The notes: a model not told the origin generated them from the letters alone. 47,314 nucleotides of DNA from an uncultured Thiohalomonas sp. (GCA_964421235.1 CAYQWR010000002.1:1-47314); one strand, 5' to 3'; shown: positions 30,736-41,192, counted from the first letter of the stretch. A program made the numbers and translations.

Positions 30736-32091
30736 ATGTCGACGTTGCCGCTCATCGGTCATCGTCGCAGTGACGACATCGTTGCCTACCGGGCGGGTCG
30801 GAGCGTCTCCGTGGGGCAGTTCCTGGCCGATGTGGAGTGGATCGCCGCACAGTTGCCCTCCGGACAGCATGTTTTGAACACCTGTGGTGATCGCTATCGC
30901 TGCACGGTAGTGTTGGCTGCCTGTATTGTCAGCGGCCGCGTCAGCCTGTTACCGTCGACGCATACGCCGGAGACGGTGCGCCAGATGCGGCGTATTGCAC
31001 CGGATGTGTTCTGTGTTACCGATCAGGGCGACAACGAGGTTGATCTGCCGACATTCCGCTTTCCTTCCGGCGCGGGGGACGCGGAACGCGAGCGCACGAT
31101 ACCGCAGATCGATGTCGATCAGGTGATCGCCCACGTATTTACCTCCGGATCGACCGGGTTACCGCTGGCGCATGCGAAGCGCTGGGGTAATGTGGTGCGC
31201 AGCGTCCGCGCGGAGGCGGAACGCCTTGGCGTCACCGCCGCGCATACCGTGCTGGGTACCGTGCCGGCACAACACATGTACGGTCTGGAGTCGACGGTAT
31301 TCATGCCGTTGCAGGCCGGCGCAGCGTTGCACGCCGGCAGGCCGTTCTATCCAGCCGACGTATGCGTGGCCCTGAACGAGTTGCCGCATCCGCGTATGCT
31401 GGTGACGACGCCGTTTCATCTGCGCGCGTTGTTGGCCGACCAGGACGAATTGCCTGCCGTCGACCAGCTACTCTCGGCGACGGCACCGTTGTCACAAAAC
31501 CTTGCACAAGAAGCGGAAACACGTTTTGGCGCGCCGCTGTTCGAGATCTACGGCTGTACCGAAACCGGGCAGATTGCTTCGCGCCGCACGATCGCCGGTG
31601 CCCAATGGCAGACTTTGGCGGGTACGCGGTTGCGCCGCGACGGTGAGCACGTCTGGGCGGAAGGCGATTATATCGATATTCCGACGTGCCTGAGTGACGT
31701 CATCGAACTGCAGAGCAATGACGACGGTATCACCCGTTTTCTGCTTCACGGGCGGCATGCCGATTTGGTGAATATCGCCGGCAAGCGCACCTCGCTTGGA
31801 TACTTGAATTTTCAGTTGAATGCCATCCCCGGCGTCAAGGACGGGATGTTCCTGTTTCCGCAGGAGGACAACGCCGATGGCGTCACCCGGCTCAGCGCGT
31901 TGGTTGTCGCTCCCGACTTGACCGGCTCCGCGTTGATACGTGAGCTGCGCCAGCGTATCGATCCGGTGTTTCTGCCGCGCCCGTTGTTGTTCGTCGATGA
32001 GTTGCCGCGCAATGCCACCGGCAAGTGTCCGCAGAGGGCGGCGCAGGAATTGTTTGTTCGCACGAAGGCCGCGGTCGAGATACGTGCATGA
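30736..32091 (+). CDS. AMP-dependent aryl-acid:ACP ligase (XanA2-like)
   Basis: FTSGSTG, HMYGLE, EIYGCTETG, GRHADLVNIAGKR, LPRNATGK. Confidence 0.9.
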   Translation: MSTLPLIGHRRSDDIVAYRAGRSVSVGQFLADVEWIAAQLPSGQHVLNTCGDRYRCTVVLAACIVSGRVSLLPSTHTPETVRQMRRIAPDVFCVTDQGDNEVDLPTFRFPSGAGDAERERTIPQIDVDQVIAHVFTSGSTGLPLAHAKRWGNVVRSVRAEAERLGVTAAHTVLGTVPAQHMYGLESTVFMPLQAGAALHAGRPFYPADVCVALNELPHPRMLVTTPFHLRALLADQDELPAVDQLLSATAPLSQNLAQEAETRFGAPLFEIYGCTETGQIASRRTIAGAQWQTLAGTRLRRDGEHVWAEGDYIDIPTCLSDVIELQSNDDGITRFLLHGRHADLVNIAGKRTSLGYLNFQLNAIPGVKDGMFLFPQEDNADGVTRLSALVVAPDLTGSALIRELRQRIDPVFLPRPLLFVDELPRNATGKCPQRAAQELFVRTKAAVEIRA

Positions 32092-32396
32092 GCGAACAGA
32101 CGGTGCCGTTGCATATCGCTCCTGACCACCCGGCGTATGCCGGACATTTTCCCGGCTCTCCCATTCTGCCCGGCGTCGTGTTGTTGGATGCCGCGGTGCA
32201 TGTGCTCGCCACGCGTGAGGGACGCGCAATCGCCGGTGGCCAGATCAAGTCGGCAAAATTTCTCAGTCCGGTGTCGCCGGGCGAGCCGTTGACGCTGTAT
32301 TACAGCGCCACGCCAGCGGGCGATCTGCGGTTCGATATTCGCAGCGATACACGCAGTGTCGCAAGCGGGGTTGTCGCTTTGGCGCAAGGTGCCTGA
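32088..32396 (+). CDS. FabA/FabZ-like hotdog dehydratase (ApeI-like)
   Basis: HPAYAGHFPGSPILPGVV, KFLSPVSPG. Confidence 0.88.
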   Translation: MSEQTVPLHIAPDHPAYAGHFPGSPILPGVVLLDAAVHVLATREGRAIAGGQIKSAKFLSPVSPGEPLTLYYSATPAGDLRFDIRSDTRSVASGVVALAQGA

Positions 32397-33331
32397 TGAA
32401 CCGGCCGGAGGTTTCACAGGGCAGCGAGGGCCGCTCGGAATGGACGCAGCGTCCGGAACGCAGCAACATGACGATGTTGCGGCTGATGAGCTGGATCTCC
32501 CTGCGTCTGGGCCGCCGGCCGGCGCGCCTCATATTGGCCGGCATCAGTCTCTATTTCCTGTTGTTCGCGCCAAGCGCCAAGAAGGCATCACGCGATTATC
32601 TGCGCCGTATCCTCGGTCGCAGGCCTACCTTTGCGGAACAGTTCCGGCATTTCAATTGCTTCGCTTCCACCGTTCATGATCGGGTATTTCTGCTGAACGA
32701 ACGCTTTGCCCTGTTCCAGATCGAGCTGAACGGTGTGGAGCTGTTTGACGAGGTGATCAGCGCGGGGCGGGGGGCATTCCTGATGGGAGCGCACATGGGC
32801 AGTTTCGAGGTGATGCGCGCCGTGGGTCGACAGCAGCCGGGACTCAAGATAGGCATGGTGATGTACGAAGAGAACGCCCGCAAGATCAACGCGGCGTTGG
32901 CGGCGATCAATCCGGCGGCAGTGCAGGACATCGTGCCGCTGGGGAAGATCGACTCGATGCTGCAGGTACAGGCGCGCTTGGACGACGGCGTGGCTCTCGG
33001 TGTGTTGGCCGACCGCACGTTGGATGACGAACCGACGATACCGGTGAACTTTCTCGGTGACACTGCGGAGTTTCCCGTGGGCCCGATGCGCCTCGCCGCC
33101 ATGTTGAAGCGGCCGGTTTTGTTTATGACCGGGCTCTATCTGGGCGGAAATCGCTACGCGATTCATTTTGAGCGGCTGGCCGACTTCAGTTCGGTGGAAC
33201 GGACTCAACGCAACGCCGCTGTTCACGCCGCCGTGAACGCCTACGCCCGCTGCCTGGAACGCCACTGCCGGGCGACGCCCTACAATTGGTTCAACTACTT
33301 CGATTTCTGGCGGCCCCGTGGCGGCGCATAA
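32396..33331 (+). CDS. LpxL-like acyltransferase
   Basis: AHMGSFE, LADR, PYNWFNYFDFW. Confidence 0.88.
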   Translation: MNRPEVSQGSEGRSEWTQRPERSNMTMLRLMSWISLRLGRRPARLILAGISLYFLLFAPSAKKASRDYLRRILGRRPTFAEQFRHFNCFASTVHDRVFLLNERFALFQIELNGVELFDEVISAGRGAFLMGAHMGSFEVMRAVGRQQPGLKIGMVMYEENARKINAALAAINPAAVQDIVPLGKIDSMLQVQARLDDGVALGVLADRTLDDEPTIPVNFLGDTAEFPVGPMRLAAMLKRPVLFMTGLYLGGNRYAIHFERLADFSSVERTQRNAAVHAAVNAYARCLERHCRATPYNWFNYFDFWRPRGGA

Positions 33332-33929
33332 CAGCACGCAGTTCCGTTACTGGACACTTGTCGCCGCAGCCGTGGTATTCGGTTTCTCCGCCGCGGCCCA
33401 TGGCGCACCGTTGACGGTCGGTCAGCTGATGGATGTGCTGGCGGCGAATCGTCAGGGTAGCGCCACCTTTACCGAGACCCGGTACATCGCCGTTCTGGAC
33501 GTGCCGTTCAAGTCGTCGGGCGAATTGATGTTCGTCGCGCCGTCGTACCTGGAAAAGCGCACCTTGAAGCCGTGGCCCGAGTCGGCGGTACTCAATGGCA
33601 ATACGCTCACGATGCGTAACGACAAGCGCAAATTGGTGGTCGATCTGAAGCAATACCCGCAGGTGGCCGCCATGGTCGAAAGCATCCGTGCCACCCTGAC
33701 AGGCGATCGTGAGGCGCTGGAGCGGGTATACCATTTACGCCTCGATGGCACGTTGGCCGATTGGCGATTGCTGTTAACGCCCCGCTCCAGCGACGTGAGC
33801 GCCGTGGTGTCGCACGTTGAACTGCAAGGCAACAACAACCTCGTACATACAGTGGAGATCGATCAGGCCGACGGCGATCGCTCGGTGATGCATATCGGAC
33901 CCATGGCGCCGCAGGCCAAGGTTCCATGA
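33318..33929 (+). CDS. LolA-like periplasmic carrier protein
   Basis: Signal peptide; ATFTETRY...SSGELMF..P..LEK; WRLLLTP. Confidence 0.8.
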   Translation: MAAHNSTQFRYWTLVAAAVVFGFSAAAHGAPLTVGQLMDVLAANRQGSATFTETRYIAVLDVPFKSSGELMFVAPSYLEKRTLKPWPESAVLNGNTLTMRNDKRKLVVDLKQYPQVAAMVESIRATLTGDREALERVYHLRLDGTLADWRLLLTPRSSDVSAVVSHVELQGNNNLVHTVEIDQADGDRSVMHIGPMAPQAKVP

Positions 33930-36265
33930 GTCGCAATCGCGTTGCCATTGCGCTTTGGCTCATTTTCGTCGCTGTTTGTATTGGGTTGATCGGCCATACC
34001 CGATTTACCGCTGATCTCTCCGCATTTCTGCCCCGTTCGCCGACGCCGGAACAGCGACTGCTGGTGGAACAGCTGAAGTCCGGTGTCGCGTCGCGTGTGA
34101 TCCTGATCGGCATCGAAGGCGGCGATGCAGCGCAGCGGGCCGCCGCCTCCCAGGGGCTTGCGGCCCGGTTGCGTGCCGATCCGCAATTCCTTTATCTGGC
34201 CAATGGCGAAGCCGTTGGGCTGGAGCGTGATCGCAAGCTTCTGTTCGATTATCGCTATGTATTGAGTCCCGCGGTCACGCCCGCCCATTTTACGGTGAGC
34301 GGGCTGCACGATGCGGTGGCGCAGAGCATTCATGAGATGCTCTCATCGGCGGGAGTGTTCACCGGTACGCTGCTCACCCATGACCCGACCGGGGAGTTTC
34401 TGCGCATGCTCGATCGCGTGCGTGGCGAGAACCAGTCGCGCGTGGCCGACGGTGTGTGGGTGTCGCGCGACGGCAAACGTGCCTTGCTGCTGGCTCGCAC
34501 CCGCGCCGAAGGCTCCGATACCGATGCCCAGCAGCGTGCGCTGAATGCGATCGAGGAGGCGTTCCATGCCGTGGCCGCACCCGGGTTGCGGCTCGTCGCT
34601 ACCGGTCCCGGTCCCTTCTCGGTGCAGGCGCGCGCCACCATCAAGCACGAGGTCGCCCGCCTGTCGGGGCTCGGGATGCTGATCATCGTCGTGCTGTTGT
34701 TGGCGGTATATCGTTCACTGTCTGCGTTGGTGATCGGGTTGTTGCCGGTACTGACCGGTGCTTTGGCTGGCATCGCGGCCGTGAGTCTCGGCTTCGGTAC
34801 CGTGCATGGCGTGACTCTCGGTTTCGGTACGGCTCTAATCGGCGAGGCGGTGGATTATTCGATCTATCTGCTGACTCAGTCAGAGCATGGACGCGACGCA
34901 ACAGGTCAGCCCGAGGGGCAATGGATCGCAGCGTTCTGGCCCACCATCCGTATTGGCGTGCTCACCTCCGTATTCGGCTTTGCGCCGCTGCTGCTTTCCG
35001 ATTTTCCCGGCTTGGCGCAGCTGGGGTTGTACGCGATCGCGGGATTGATCACCGCGGCAATGGTGACGCGTTTCGTGTTGCCGCACCTGTTGCCCGCGAC
35101 GTTGCGGCTGCCGGATCTCGCACCGTTCGGTGCACACCTCTCTGCCGGGCTCCCGAGGCTACAACGTTTACGCCGGCCGCTGTTTGCGCTGGTGTTGGCC
35201 GCTTGTGCGGTGATTCTGGTGCAACGTAATCACGTTTGGAACCGCGAGCTGGCGGCGTTGAGTCCGGTACCGGCGGCGGCGCAGGCGCTGGATGCCAGCA
35301 TGCGCGCCGATCTGGGGGCGCCGGATGTGCGCTATCTGGTGGTGGTGACCGCCGCGACGCAGCAGGCGGCGCTGGCGGGGAGTGAACGGGTGGGCGCGCG
35401 TCTGCGGCCATTGGTCGAGGCCGGCGTGATCGCGCGGTTCGAAAGTCCGGCGGTCTATCTGCCGAGTGTCGCCACACAGCTGGCACGCCGCGCGAGCCTG
35501 CCCGACGGTGCGACGTTGCGCCGACGATTCCTGGCCGCGGTCGCGACGCTGCCGGTGCATGCCGATCGCTTTGCACCGTTCTTCGCCGACGTGGCGAAGG
35601 CGCGGTCCCTGGCGCCACTGACGCCACGGGATATCGCCGGTACCTCCCTGGCCGAAGGGGTGGATGCCCTGCTGGTAAAGAGTGCCGGACGCTGGACCGC
35701 ACTGCTGCCGTTGCGCGGTCCGCAACGGCGCGACTATGCCATCGATGCGGCGCAGGTGCGCGCCGCCCTGGCAACGGCCGCCATACCCGGCGTCTACTTC
35801 CTCGACCTCAAGGCGCAATCGGATCACCTCTACGACGGCTATCTGCATGAGGCCATTCTGCTGTCGCTGGCGGGGCTGCTCGCCATCGTGGTATTGCTGT
35901 TCGCCGCCACCCGCAATCCACGGCGGGTGCTGCGCATCGTCACCCCGCTGGCGATGGCGGTAGTGGTGGTGATGGCCGGCCTCACGCTCGCCGGCAAGCA
36001 ACTCAACATCCTGCATCTGGTGGGCATGCTGCTGATCTTTGCGGTCGGCTCCAACTACGCGCTGTTTTTCGATCGCAGTGCCCGGCAGGGAGCGCTCGCG
36101 CCGCGCACCCTGGCCTCGCTGTTGCTGGCAGCGACCACAACCGTGGTCGGCTTCGGGATTCTCGCCTTTTCCAGTGTGCCGGTGCTCAATGCGATCGGGG
36201 CGACCGTCGGGCCCGGAGCGATTCTCGCGCTGCTGTTCTCCGCTATTCTGGCGCGCCGCACATGA
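33926..36265 (+). CDS. MMPL/RND-family lipid exporter
   Basis: Two transmembrane clusters with periplasmic loops; DLSAFLP, GEAVDYSIY, GSNYALF. Confidence 0.9.
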   Translation: MSRNRVAIALWLIFVAVCIGLIGHTRFTADLSAFLPRSPTPEQRLLVEQLKSGVASRVILIGIEGGDAAQRAAASQGLAARLRADPQFLYLANGEAVGLERDRKLLFDYRYVLSPAVTPAHFTVSGLHDAVAQSIHEMLSSAGVFTGTLLTHDPTGEFLRMLDRVRGENQSRVADGVWVSRDGKRALLLARTRAEGSDTDAQQRALNAIEEAFHAVAAPGLRLVATGPGPFSVQARATIKHEVARLSGLGMLIIVVLLLAVYRSLSALVIGLLPVLTGALAGIAAVSLGFGTVHGVTLGFGTALIGEAVDYSIYLLTQSEHGRDATGQPEGQWIAAFWPTIRIGVLTSVFGFAPLLLSDFPGLAQLGLYAIAGLITAAMVTRFVLPHLLPATLRLPDLAPFGAHLSAGLPRLQRLRRPLFALVLAACAVILVQRNHVWNRELAALSPVPAAAQALDASMRADLGAPDVRYLVVVTAATQQAALAGSERVGARLRPLVEAGVIARFESPAVYLPSVATQLARRASLPDGATLRRRFLAAVATLPVHADRFAPFFADVAKARSLAPLTPRDIAGTSLAEGVDALLVKSAGRWTALLPLRGPQRRDYAIDAAQVRAALATAAIPGVYFLDLKAQSDHLYDGYLHEAILLSLAGLLAIVVLLFAATRNPRRVLRIVTPLAMAVVVVMAGLTLAGKQLNILHLVGMLLIFAVGSNYALFFDRSARQGALAPRTLASLLLAATTTVVGFGILAFSSVPVLNAIGATVGPGAILALLFSAILARRT

Positions 36266-37095
36266 CTGTATCGTCGCATCGTTCGGCCTTGCGTTGGCGT
36301 CCGTCACCGCTGTTGTGGTTCAGCTTCATGCTCCATCTCATGGCGCTGGTGCTGTGGGTGTGGCATCCCGCATGGTGGGCGTGGTGCCTGGCAGCGGTGA
36401 TCGTCGATCATGCGCTATTGACCGTCGCCGGTCTGCTGCCGCGCTGCCGCCTGCTCGGCCCCAATTGGACACGACTGCCGCAGACAGCGCAGCGTGCGGG
36501 GCTGATTGCGATCACCATCGATGATGGCCCGGACCCCGAGGTGACGCCGGCGGTGCTCGCGTTGCTTGAGCGCTATCAGGCCAAGGCCACGTTTTTCTGC
36601 ATCGGCGTAAATGCCGAGCGTCATCCGGAGCTGTGCCGCGAGATCGTGCGTCGCGGCCATGCGGTGGAGAATCACAGCCAACATCATTGTCACCACTTCT
36701 CGCTGTTTGGCCCGCGGCGCATGACCGCCGAGGTTGTCGCGGGACAGGAGACGCTGACGCGCATCACCGGGCGGTGCCCGCAATTTTTCCGTCCCACGGC
36801 CGGACTGCGCAATCCATTTCTCGACCCAATCCTCAGGCGCCAGGGCCTGACCCTGGTCAGCTGGACGCGGCGCGGCTTCGATACCCGTAATGACGACGCG
36901 GCCGAGGTGACGGCGCGTCTGACCGACGGGCTCGCTGCCGGCGACATCCTGCTGCTGCACGACGGCCATGCGGCGCGCACCGCCGCCGGCGAGCCGATTA
37001 TTCTCGCCGTACTGCCGCGACTGCTTGATACGGTGGCCGCCGCCGGGCTGCGCACCACGACCCTCGCTTCTGTGCAACAATCGTCCACCTTATGA
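36262..37095 (+). CDS. polysaccharide deacetylase (NodB/CE4) with N-terminal transmembrane segments
   Basis: TIDDGP, ENHSQHH, FRPTAG, LLLHDG. Confidence 0.9.
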   Translation: MTVSSHRSALRWRPSPLLWFSFMLHLMALVLWVWHPAWWAWCLAAVIVDHALLTVAGLLPRCRLLGPNWTRLPQTAQRAGLIAITIDDGPDPEVTPAVLALLERYQAKATFFCIGVNAERHPELCREIVRRGHAVENHSQHHCHHFSLFGPRRMTAEVVAGQETLTRITGRCPQFFRPTAGLRNPFLDPILRRQGLTLVSWTRRGFDTRNDDAAEVTARLTDGLAAGDILLLHDGHAARTAAGEPIILAVLPRLLDTVAAAGLRTTTLASVQQSSTL

Positions 37096-37817
37096 ACATA
37101 CCGATAGCGACCCTGCGCTCCCGTCTGATTGATCGCGCCAGTGCCTATTTCAGCGATGCAGGCCGTTTCGCCTATCACTTCGCCCGCGGCAAACTCGGAG
37201 GAGACCCGGTATTCCTGGCGCTGCTGGAGCGCGGGCTGCTGCCGGACAACGGTCGCATTCTCGATCTCGGCTGTGGCCAGGGATTGCTCGCCGCCTGGTT
37301 GTTTGCGGCGCGGGAACTCTACGACGCCGGTACTTGGCCGGACGGCTGGCCGGCGCCGCCGCGCGTGGCGGATATCCGCGGCGTCGATCTGTTGCGCAGC
37401 GATATACGGCGCGCCAACGTCGCGCTCGTCGCCCCGGCGCGTTTCGAAGAAGGGGATATGCGTTTCGTGGAGTACGGCCGGAACGATGCGGTGGTGATCA
37501 TGGACGTGCTGCACTATGTGGACTTTGCCGCGCAGGAGGATATCTTGCGGCGAGTGCACGCGGCGTTGTCGCCGACGGGAGTGTTCCTCACCCGTGTCGG
37601 CGATGCGAACGGCGGGCTGCGTTTCAAGTTCAGCAACTGGGTGGATCGCACGGCTGCTTTTTTTCGCGGCAACCGTCTGCCACCGACGCATTGCCGGCCG
37701 TTGCCGGAGTGGATCGCCATGCTGCAGCGGCTCGGCTTTACGGTGGAGACCGCCGACATGAACGGCGATCTGCCCTTTGCCAATGTCATGCTGATCGCAC
37801 GGCCTGCCGGCACCTAG
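37092..37817 (+). CDS. class I SAM-dependent methyltransferase
   Basis: ILDLGCGQG, GVDL, DVLHY. Confidence 0.88.
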   Translation: MNIPIATLRSRLIDRASAYFSDAGRFAYHFARGKLGGDPVFLALLERGLLPDNGRILDLGCGQGLLAAWLFAARELYDAGTWPDGWPAPPRVADIRGVDLLRSDIRRANVALVAPARFEEGDMRFVEYGRNDAVVIMDVLHYVDFAAQEDILRRVHAALSPTGVFLTRVGDANGGLRFKFSNWVDRTAAFFRGNRLPPTHCRPLPEWIAMLQRLGFTVETADMNGDLPFANVMLIARPAGT

Positions 37818-37872
37818 CGGCAGATTTTTGCTAAAATCACCCGCCACCAATAATAGACAGCCGATAAGCCGA

Positions 37873-39069
37873 GTGACCCCACTTCATTTAGCCCATTTCA
37901 CCGCCACCAGTTGCCTTGGCCATGGCCTGGCGGCCAATCTGGATGCCATTCGTATCCAGAATAGCGGACTGGCGCCATGCCGGTTCGAGACGGTGCACGA
38001 TTTACCGACGTATATCGGCGAGGTCGCCGGTGTGGATGATGTGCGCCTGCCCGCAAGGCTGAGTGAGTACGATTGCCGCAACAACCGGCTGGCCTGGCTC
38101 GGACTGCAACAGGATGATTTCAATGCCGCAGTCGAGGCGGCCATCGCGCGTCATGGTCGACGGCGGGTCGGGGTGCTGCTCGCCACCAGCACCGCGGGCC
38201 TGTTGCAGACGGAGCAGGCCTACCGTCGGCGTGATCCGGTAAGCGGCGTACTGCCCGACGACTTCATCTACCGCACCACACAGAATACCTATTCCGTGGG
38301 CGATTTCGTGCGTACTGCGTTCGGCCTGGAAGGGCCGGCAGTGGTGATCTCGACGGCCTGTTCATCGAGCGCCAAGGTGTTTGCCGCTGCGGCACGCATG
38401 ATGGCCCTTGGCCTGATTGACGCGGCGGTTGTGGGCGGTGTCGACTCGCTCTGTCTTACCACACTGTATGGTTTCAACTCGCTGGAGCTGCTCTCGCCGG
38501 AACCTTGCCGACCGTTCGATGCCGAGCGCAGAGGGCTGTCCATCGGCGAGGCCGCGGCGTTCATTCTGCTGGAGCGGCCCGCAGCGTCGCTCGATCCCGA
38601 TGCAATACTGCTGCTCGGTAGCGGCGAGTCGAGTGATGCGCATCACATGTCGTCGCCGCATCCCGACGGACTCGGCGCGCGCATGGCGATGGAGGCGGCG
38701 CTGCGCAGCGCCGGCCTGCAGCCCGGCGCTATCGACTATATCAATCTGCACGGTACCGCGACGCCGAGCAACGACGCGGCCGAAGGCAAGGCCGTCGCGG
38801 CACTTTTCGACGCGCGTGTTCCCTGCAGTTCGACCAAGGGCGCGACCGGCCATACCCTTGGCGCCGCCGGCGGACTGGAGGCGGTGATCGGTGCGCTGGC
38901 GCTGCGACACGGTTTTTTGCCGGGTGACGTCAACACGCGCCGGCTGGATCCGGCGATCCCTATCCAATACCTGACCGCCAATCGGGAGGCGGCGCCGCAA
39001 CGGGTGCTGAGCAACTCATTTGGTTTCGGTGGTACCAACTGCAGCATCGTGCTGGCGCGGGCCGATTGA
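37873..39069 (+). CDS. aryl-polyene beta-ketoacyl-ACP synthase (KS2)
   Basis: STACSSS, NLHGT, GHTLGAAG, SNSFGFGG; GTG at 37873. Confidence 0.93.
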   Translation: MTPLHLAHFTATSCLGHGLAANLDAIRIQNSGLAPCRFETVHDLPTYIGEVAGVDDVRLPARLSEYDCRNNRLAWLGLQQDDFNAAVEAAIARHGRRRVGVLLATSTAGLLQTEQAYRRRDPVSGVLPDDFIYRTTQNTYSVGDFVRTAFGLEGPAVVISTACSSSAKVFAAAARMMALGLIDAAVVGGVDSLCLTTLYGFNSLELLSPEPCRPFDAERRGLSIGEAAAFILLERPAASLDPDAILLLGSGESSDAHHMSSPHPDGLGARMAMEAALRSAGLQPGAIDYINLHGTATPSNDAAEGKAVAALFDARVPCSSTKGATGHTLGAAGGLEAVIGALALRHGFLPGDVNTRRLDPAIPIQYLTANREAAPQRVLSNSFGFGGTNCSIVLARAD

Positions 39070-39070
39070 T

Positions 39071-39883
39071 ATGACGACGACCCATTCAGCACTCAGCGCC
39101 TGGATCGACGGCATTGGCCTGCTTGGGCCGGCCCTGTCCGGCTGGTCCGACGCGCGTACCGTTCTGGCAGGTGAGGCGGCCTATCGGCCGCAACCGATCC
39201 TCGTGCCGCCGCCGCAGGGGTTGCCGCCCGCCGAGCGACGCCGTACCGGTACCGCGATCAAGGTGGCGCTGGCGGTTGCGCAGGAGGCGATCGCCGCGGC
39301 CCATCAGGACGCGAAACGGCTGGCGGCGGTGTTCTCCTCGTCGGGCGCCGACGGCGACAACTGTGATGCGATCTGCCAGGCGCTTGATTCTGAGGATCGC
39401 CTCATTTCTCCCACCCGTTTTCACAACTCGGTTCACAACGCACCGGCCGGGTACTGGGGCATCGCCTCCGGCGCCATGACCGCGGCGACGGTGCTCGGCG
39501 CGTATGACGCCAGCTTCGGCGCCGGTCTGCTCGAGGCGATGACGCAGGTGGCGGCGGACGATATCGGTTGTCTACTGGTGACCTACGATGCCCCTTACCC
39601 TGAGCCGCTCAACGCCAAGCGCCCGCTGAGTACGCCGTTCGGGTTGGGACTGGTGCTGATGCCGCAGCGCAGCGAACACTCTCTCGCCCGGATCGATATG
39701 CGCATCACCGACGTGCCCTGCGATGTGCTGGCCGACGCTGAGCTCGAGACGCTGCGCCGCACCATCCCCTCGGCGCGCGGTCTGTCGCTGCTGCAACCGC
39801 TGGCGCGCGGGGAGGAGGGCAGCGTGGTGCTCGATTACCTGGCGCCGTTGAGTCTCACGGTGATGGTGGAACCGTGTCGCTAG
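39071..39883 (+). CDS. ketosynthase chain-length factor
   Basis: Truncated KS N-terminal domain, ERRR, SPTRFHNSVHN; no TAC-type catalytic motif. Confidence 0.9.
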   Translation: MTTTHSALSAWIDGIGLLGPALSGWSDARTVLAGEAAYRPQPILVPPPQGLPPAERRRTGTAIKVALAVAQEAIAAAHQDAKRLAAVFSSSGADGDNCDAICQALDSEDRLISPTRFHNSVHNAPAGYWGIASGAMTAATVLGAYDASFGAGLLEAMTQVAADDIGCLLVTYDAPYPEPLNAKRPLSTPFGLGLVLMPQRSEHSLARIDMRITDVPCDVLADAELETLRRTIPSARGLSLLQPLARGEEGSVVLDYLAPLSLTVMVEPCR

Positions 39884-40320
39884 GGCGCGACTGGCTGCTT
39901 GCTCATATCCCGCATCAGGGTGGGATGTGCCTGCTGGATCAGGTGGAGACGTGGGATGCGCAAAGGATCCGTTGCCGCGCCGGCAGTCACCGTCATGCCG
40001 ATAATCCGCTGCGCGCCAACGGCGTGCTGGGCATCGCCTGCGCCATAGAATATGCAGCACAGGCAATGGCGGCACACGGTGCCTTGCTCGGTGCCGCCGC
40101 CGAGCGGCCGCGCACCGGCTACCTCACCAGCGTGCGCAGCGTGGAGTTGCAGGCGGCGCGGCTGGACGATATCGCGGAAGATCTCACCGTCGAGGCGGAA
40201 CGCCTCTCCGGCGACGACAACAACATCCTGTACGGTTTCACGGTCAGCGCCGCAGGCAAGACACTCCTGAGCGGGCGCGCCGCCGTGGTACTCGACGTCG
40301 ACAAACTGGGGAGCAGGTGA
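39874..40320 (+). CDS. 3-hydroxyacyl-ACP dehydratase (ApeP-like hotdog fold)
   Basis: IPHQGGMCLLD, IEYAAQAMAAHG. Confidence 0.88.
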   Translation: MSLGRDWLLAHIPHQGGMCLLDQVETWDAQRIRCRAGSHRHADNPLRANGVLGIACAIEYAAQAMAAHGALLGAAAERPRTGYLTSVRSVELQAARLDDIAEDLTVEAERLSGDDNNILYGFTVSAAGKTLLSGRAAVVLDVDKLGSR

Positions 40321-41039
40321 TGAAACGTGCACTCGTGACCGGCGGCAGCGGTGGTATCGGCTCGGCGATCTGTCGCCGTCTAGCCGCCGACGGTTGTTTC
40401 GTTTATGTCCACGCCAACCGCAATCTGGACAAGGCCAATGCCGTGGTCGATGCGATCCGTGGCAGCGGCGGTATGGCGGAGGCCGTCGCCTTCGACGTCA
40501 CGGATACCGATGCCAGCCGCCTCGCGCTGGAGGCGCTGGTCGAGGACACGCCGATCCAGATCCTGGTGAACAACGCCGGTATCCACGACGACGCCGTTTT
40601 CCCCGGCATGAGCGCGGTGCAATGGAATCGGGTAGTCGATGTTTCTCTCAACGGTTTCTTCAACGTGACCCAGCCGCTGTCCCTGCCGATGATCCGCAGC
40701 CGCTGGGGACGCATCATCAACATCACCTCCATCGCAGGGATCACCGGCAACCGCGGCCAGGTGAACTACTCCGCAGCCAAGGGCGCACTGCACGCGGCGA
40801 CCAAGTCGCTGTCGCTGGAGCTCGCCAGCCGTGGCATTACGGTAAATGCCGTCGCGCCCGGCATCATCGCCACCGCTATGATCGACGGCGTGTTCGACAG
40901 CAAAATGATCGAGTCGATGGTGCCGATGAAACGCGCGGGCCAACCTGCCGAAGTCGCTGACGTGGTGGGCTTTCTCGCCTCCGAGCAGGCGAGCTATGTC
41001 ACCGGCCAGGTGATATCGGTCAATGGCGGCATGATTTGA
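40320..41039 (+). CDS. fabG: 3-oxoacyl-ACP reductase
   Basis: TGGSGGIG, NNAGI, NYSAAK, VAPG, VNGG. Confidence 0.93.
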   Translation: MKRALVTGGSGGIGSAICRRLAADGCFVYVHANRNLDKANAVVDAIRGSGGMAEAVAFDVTDTDASRLALEALVEDTPIQILVNNAGIHDDAVFPGMSAVQWNRVVDVSLNGFFNVTQPLSLPMIRSRWGRIINITSIAGITGNRGQVNYSAAKGALHAATKSLSLELASRGITVNAVAPGIIATAMIDGVFDSKMIESMVPMKRAGQPAEVADVVGFLASEQASYVTGQVISVNGGMI

Positions 41040-41192
41040 CCACCGCTGTTGCGTTCAGTCTGCAGCGATGACGCATGGGGCGCGCGTACAGGCTTCGTCG
41101 CCGGTCTCCCCGTTTCGCCCCAAAATGGCGTCCATGGGGATGGAGTGATGCTAACCCACGGACGATAAAGCGAAAGTAAGAACATACATATT

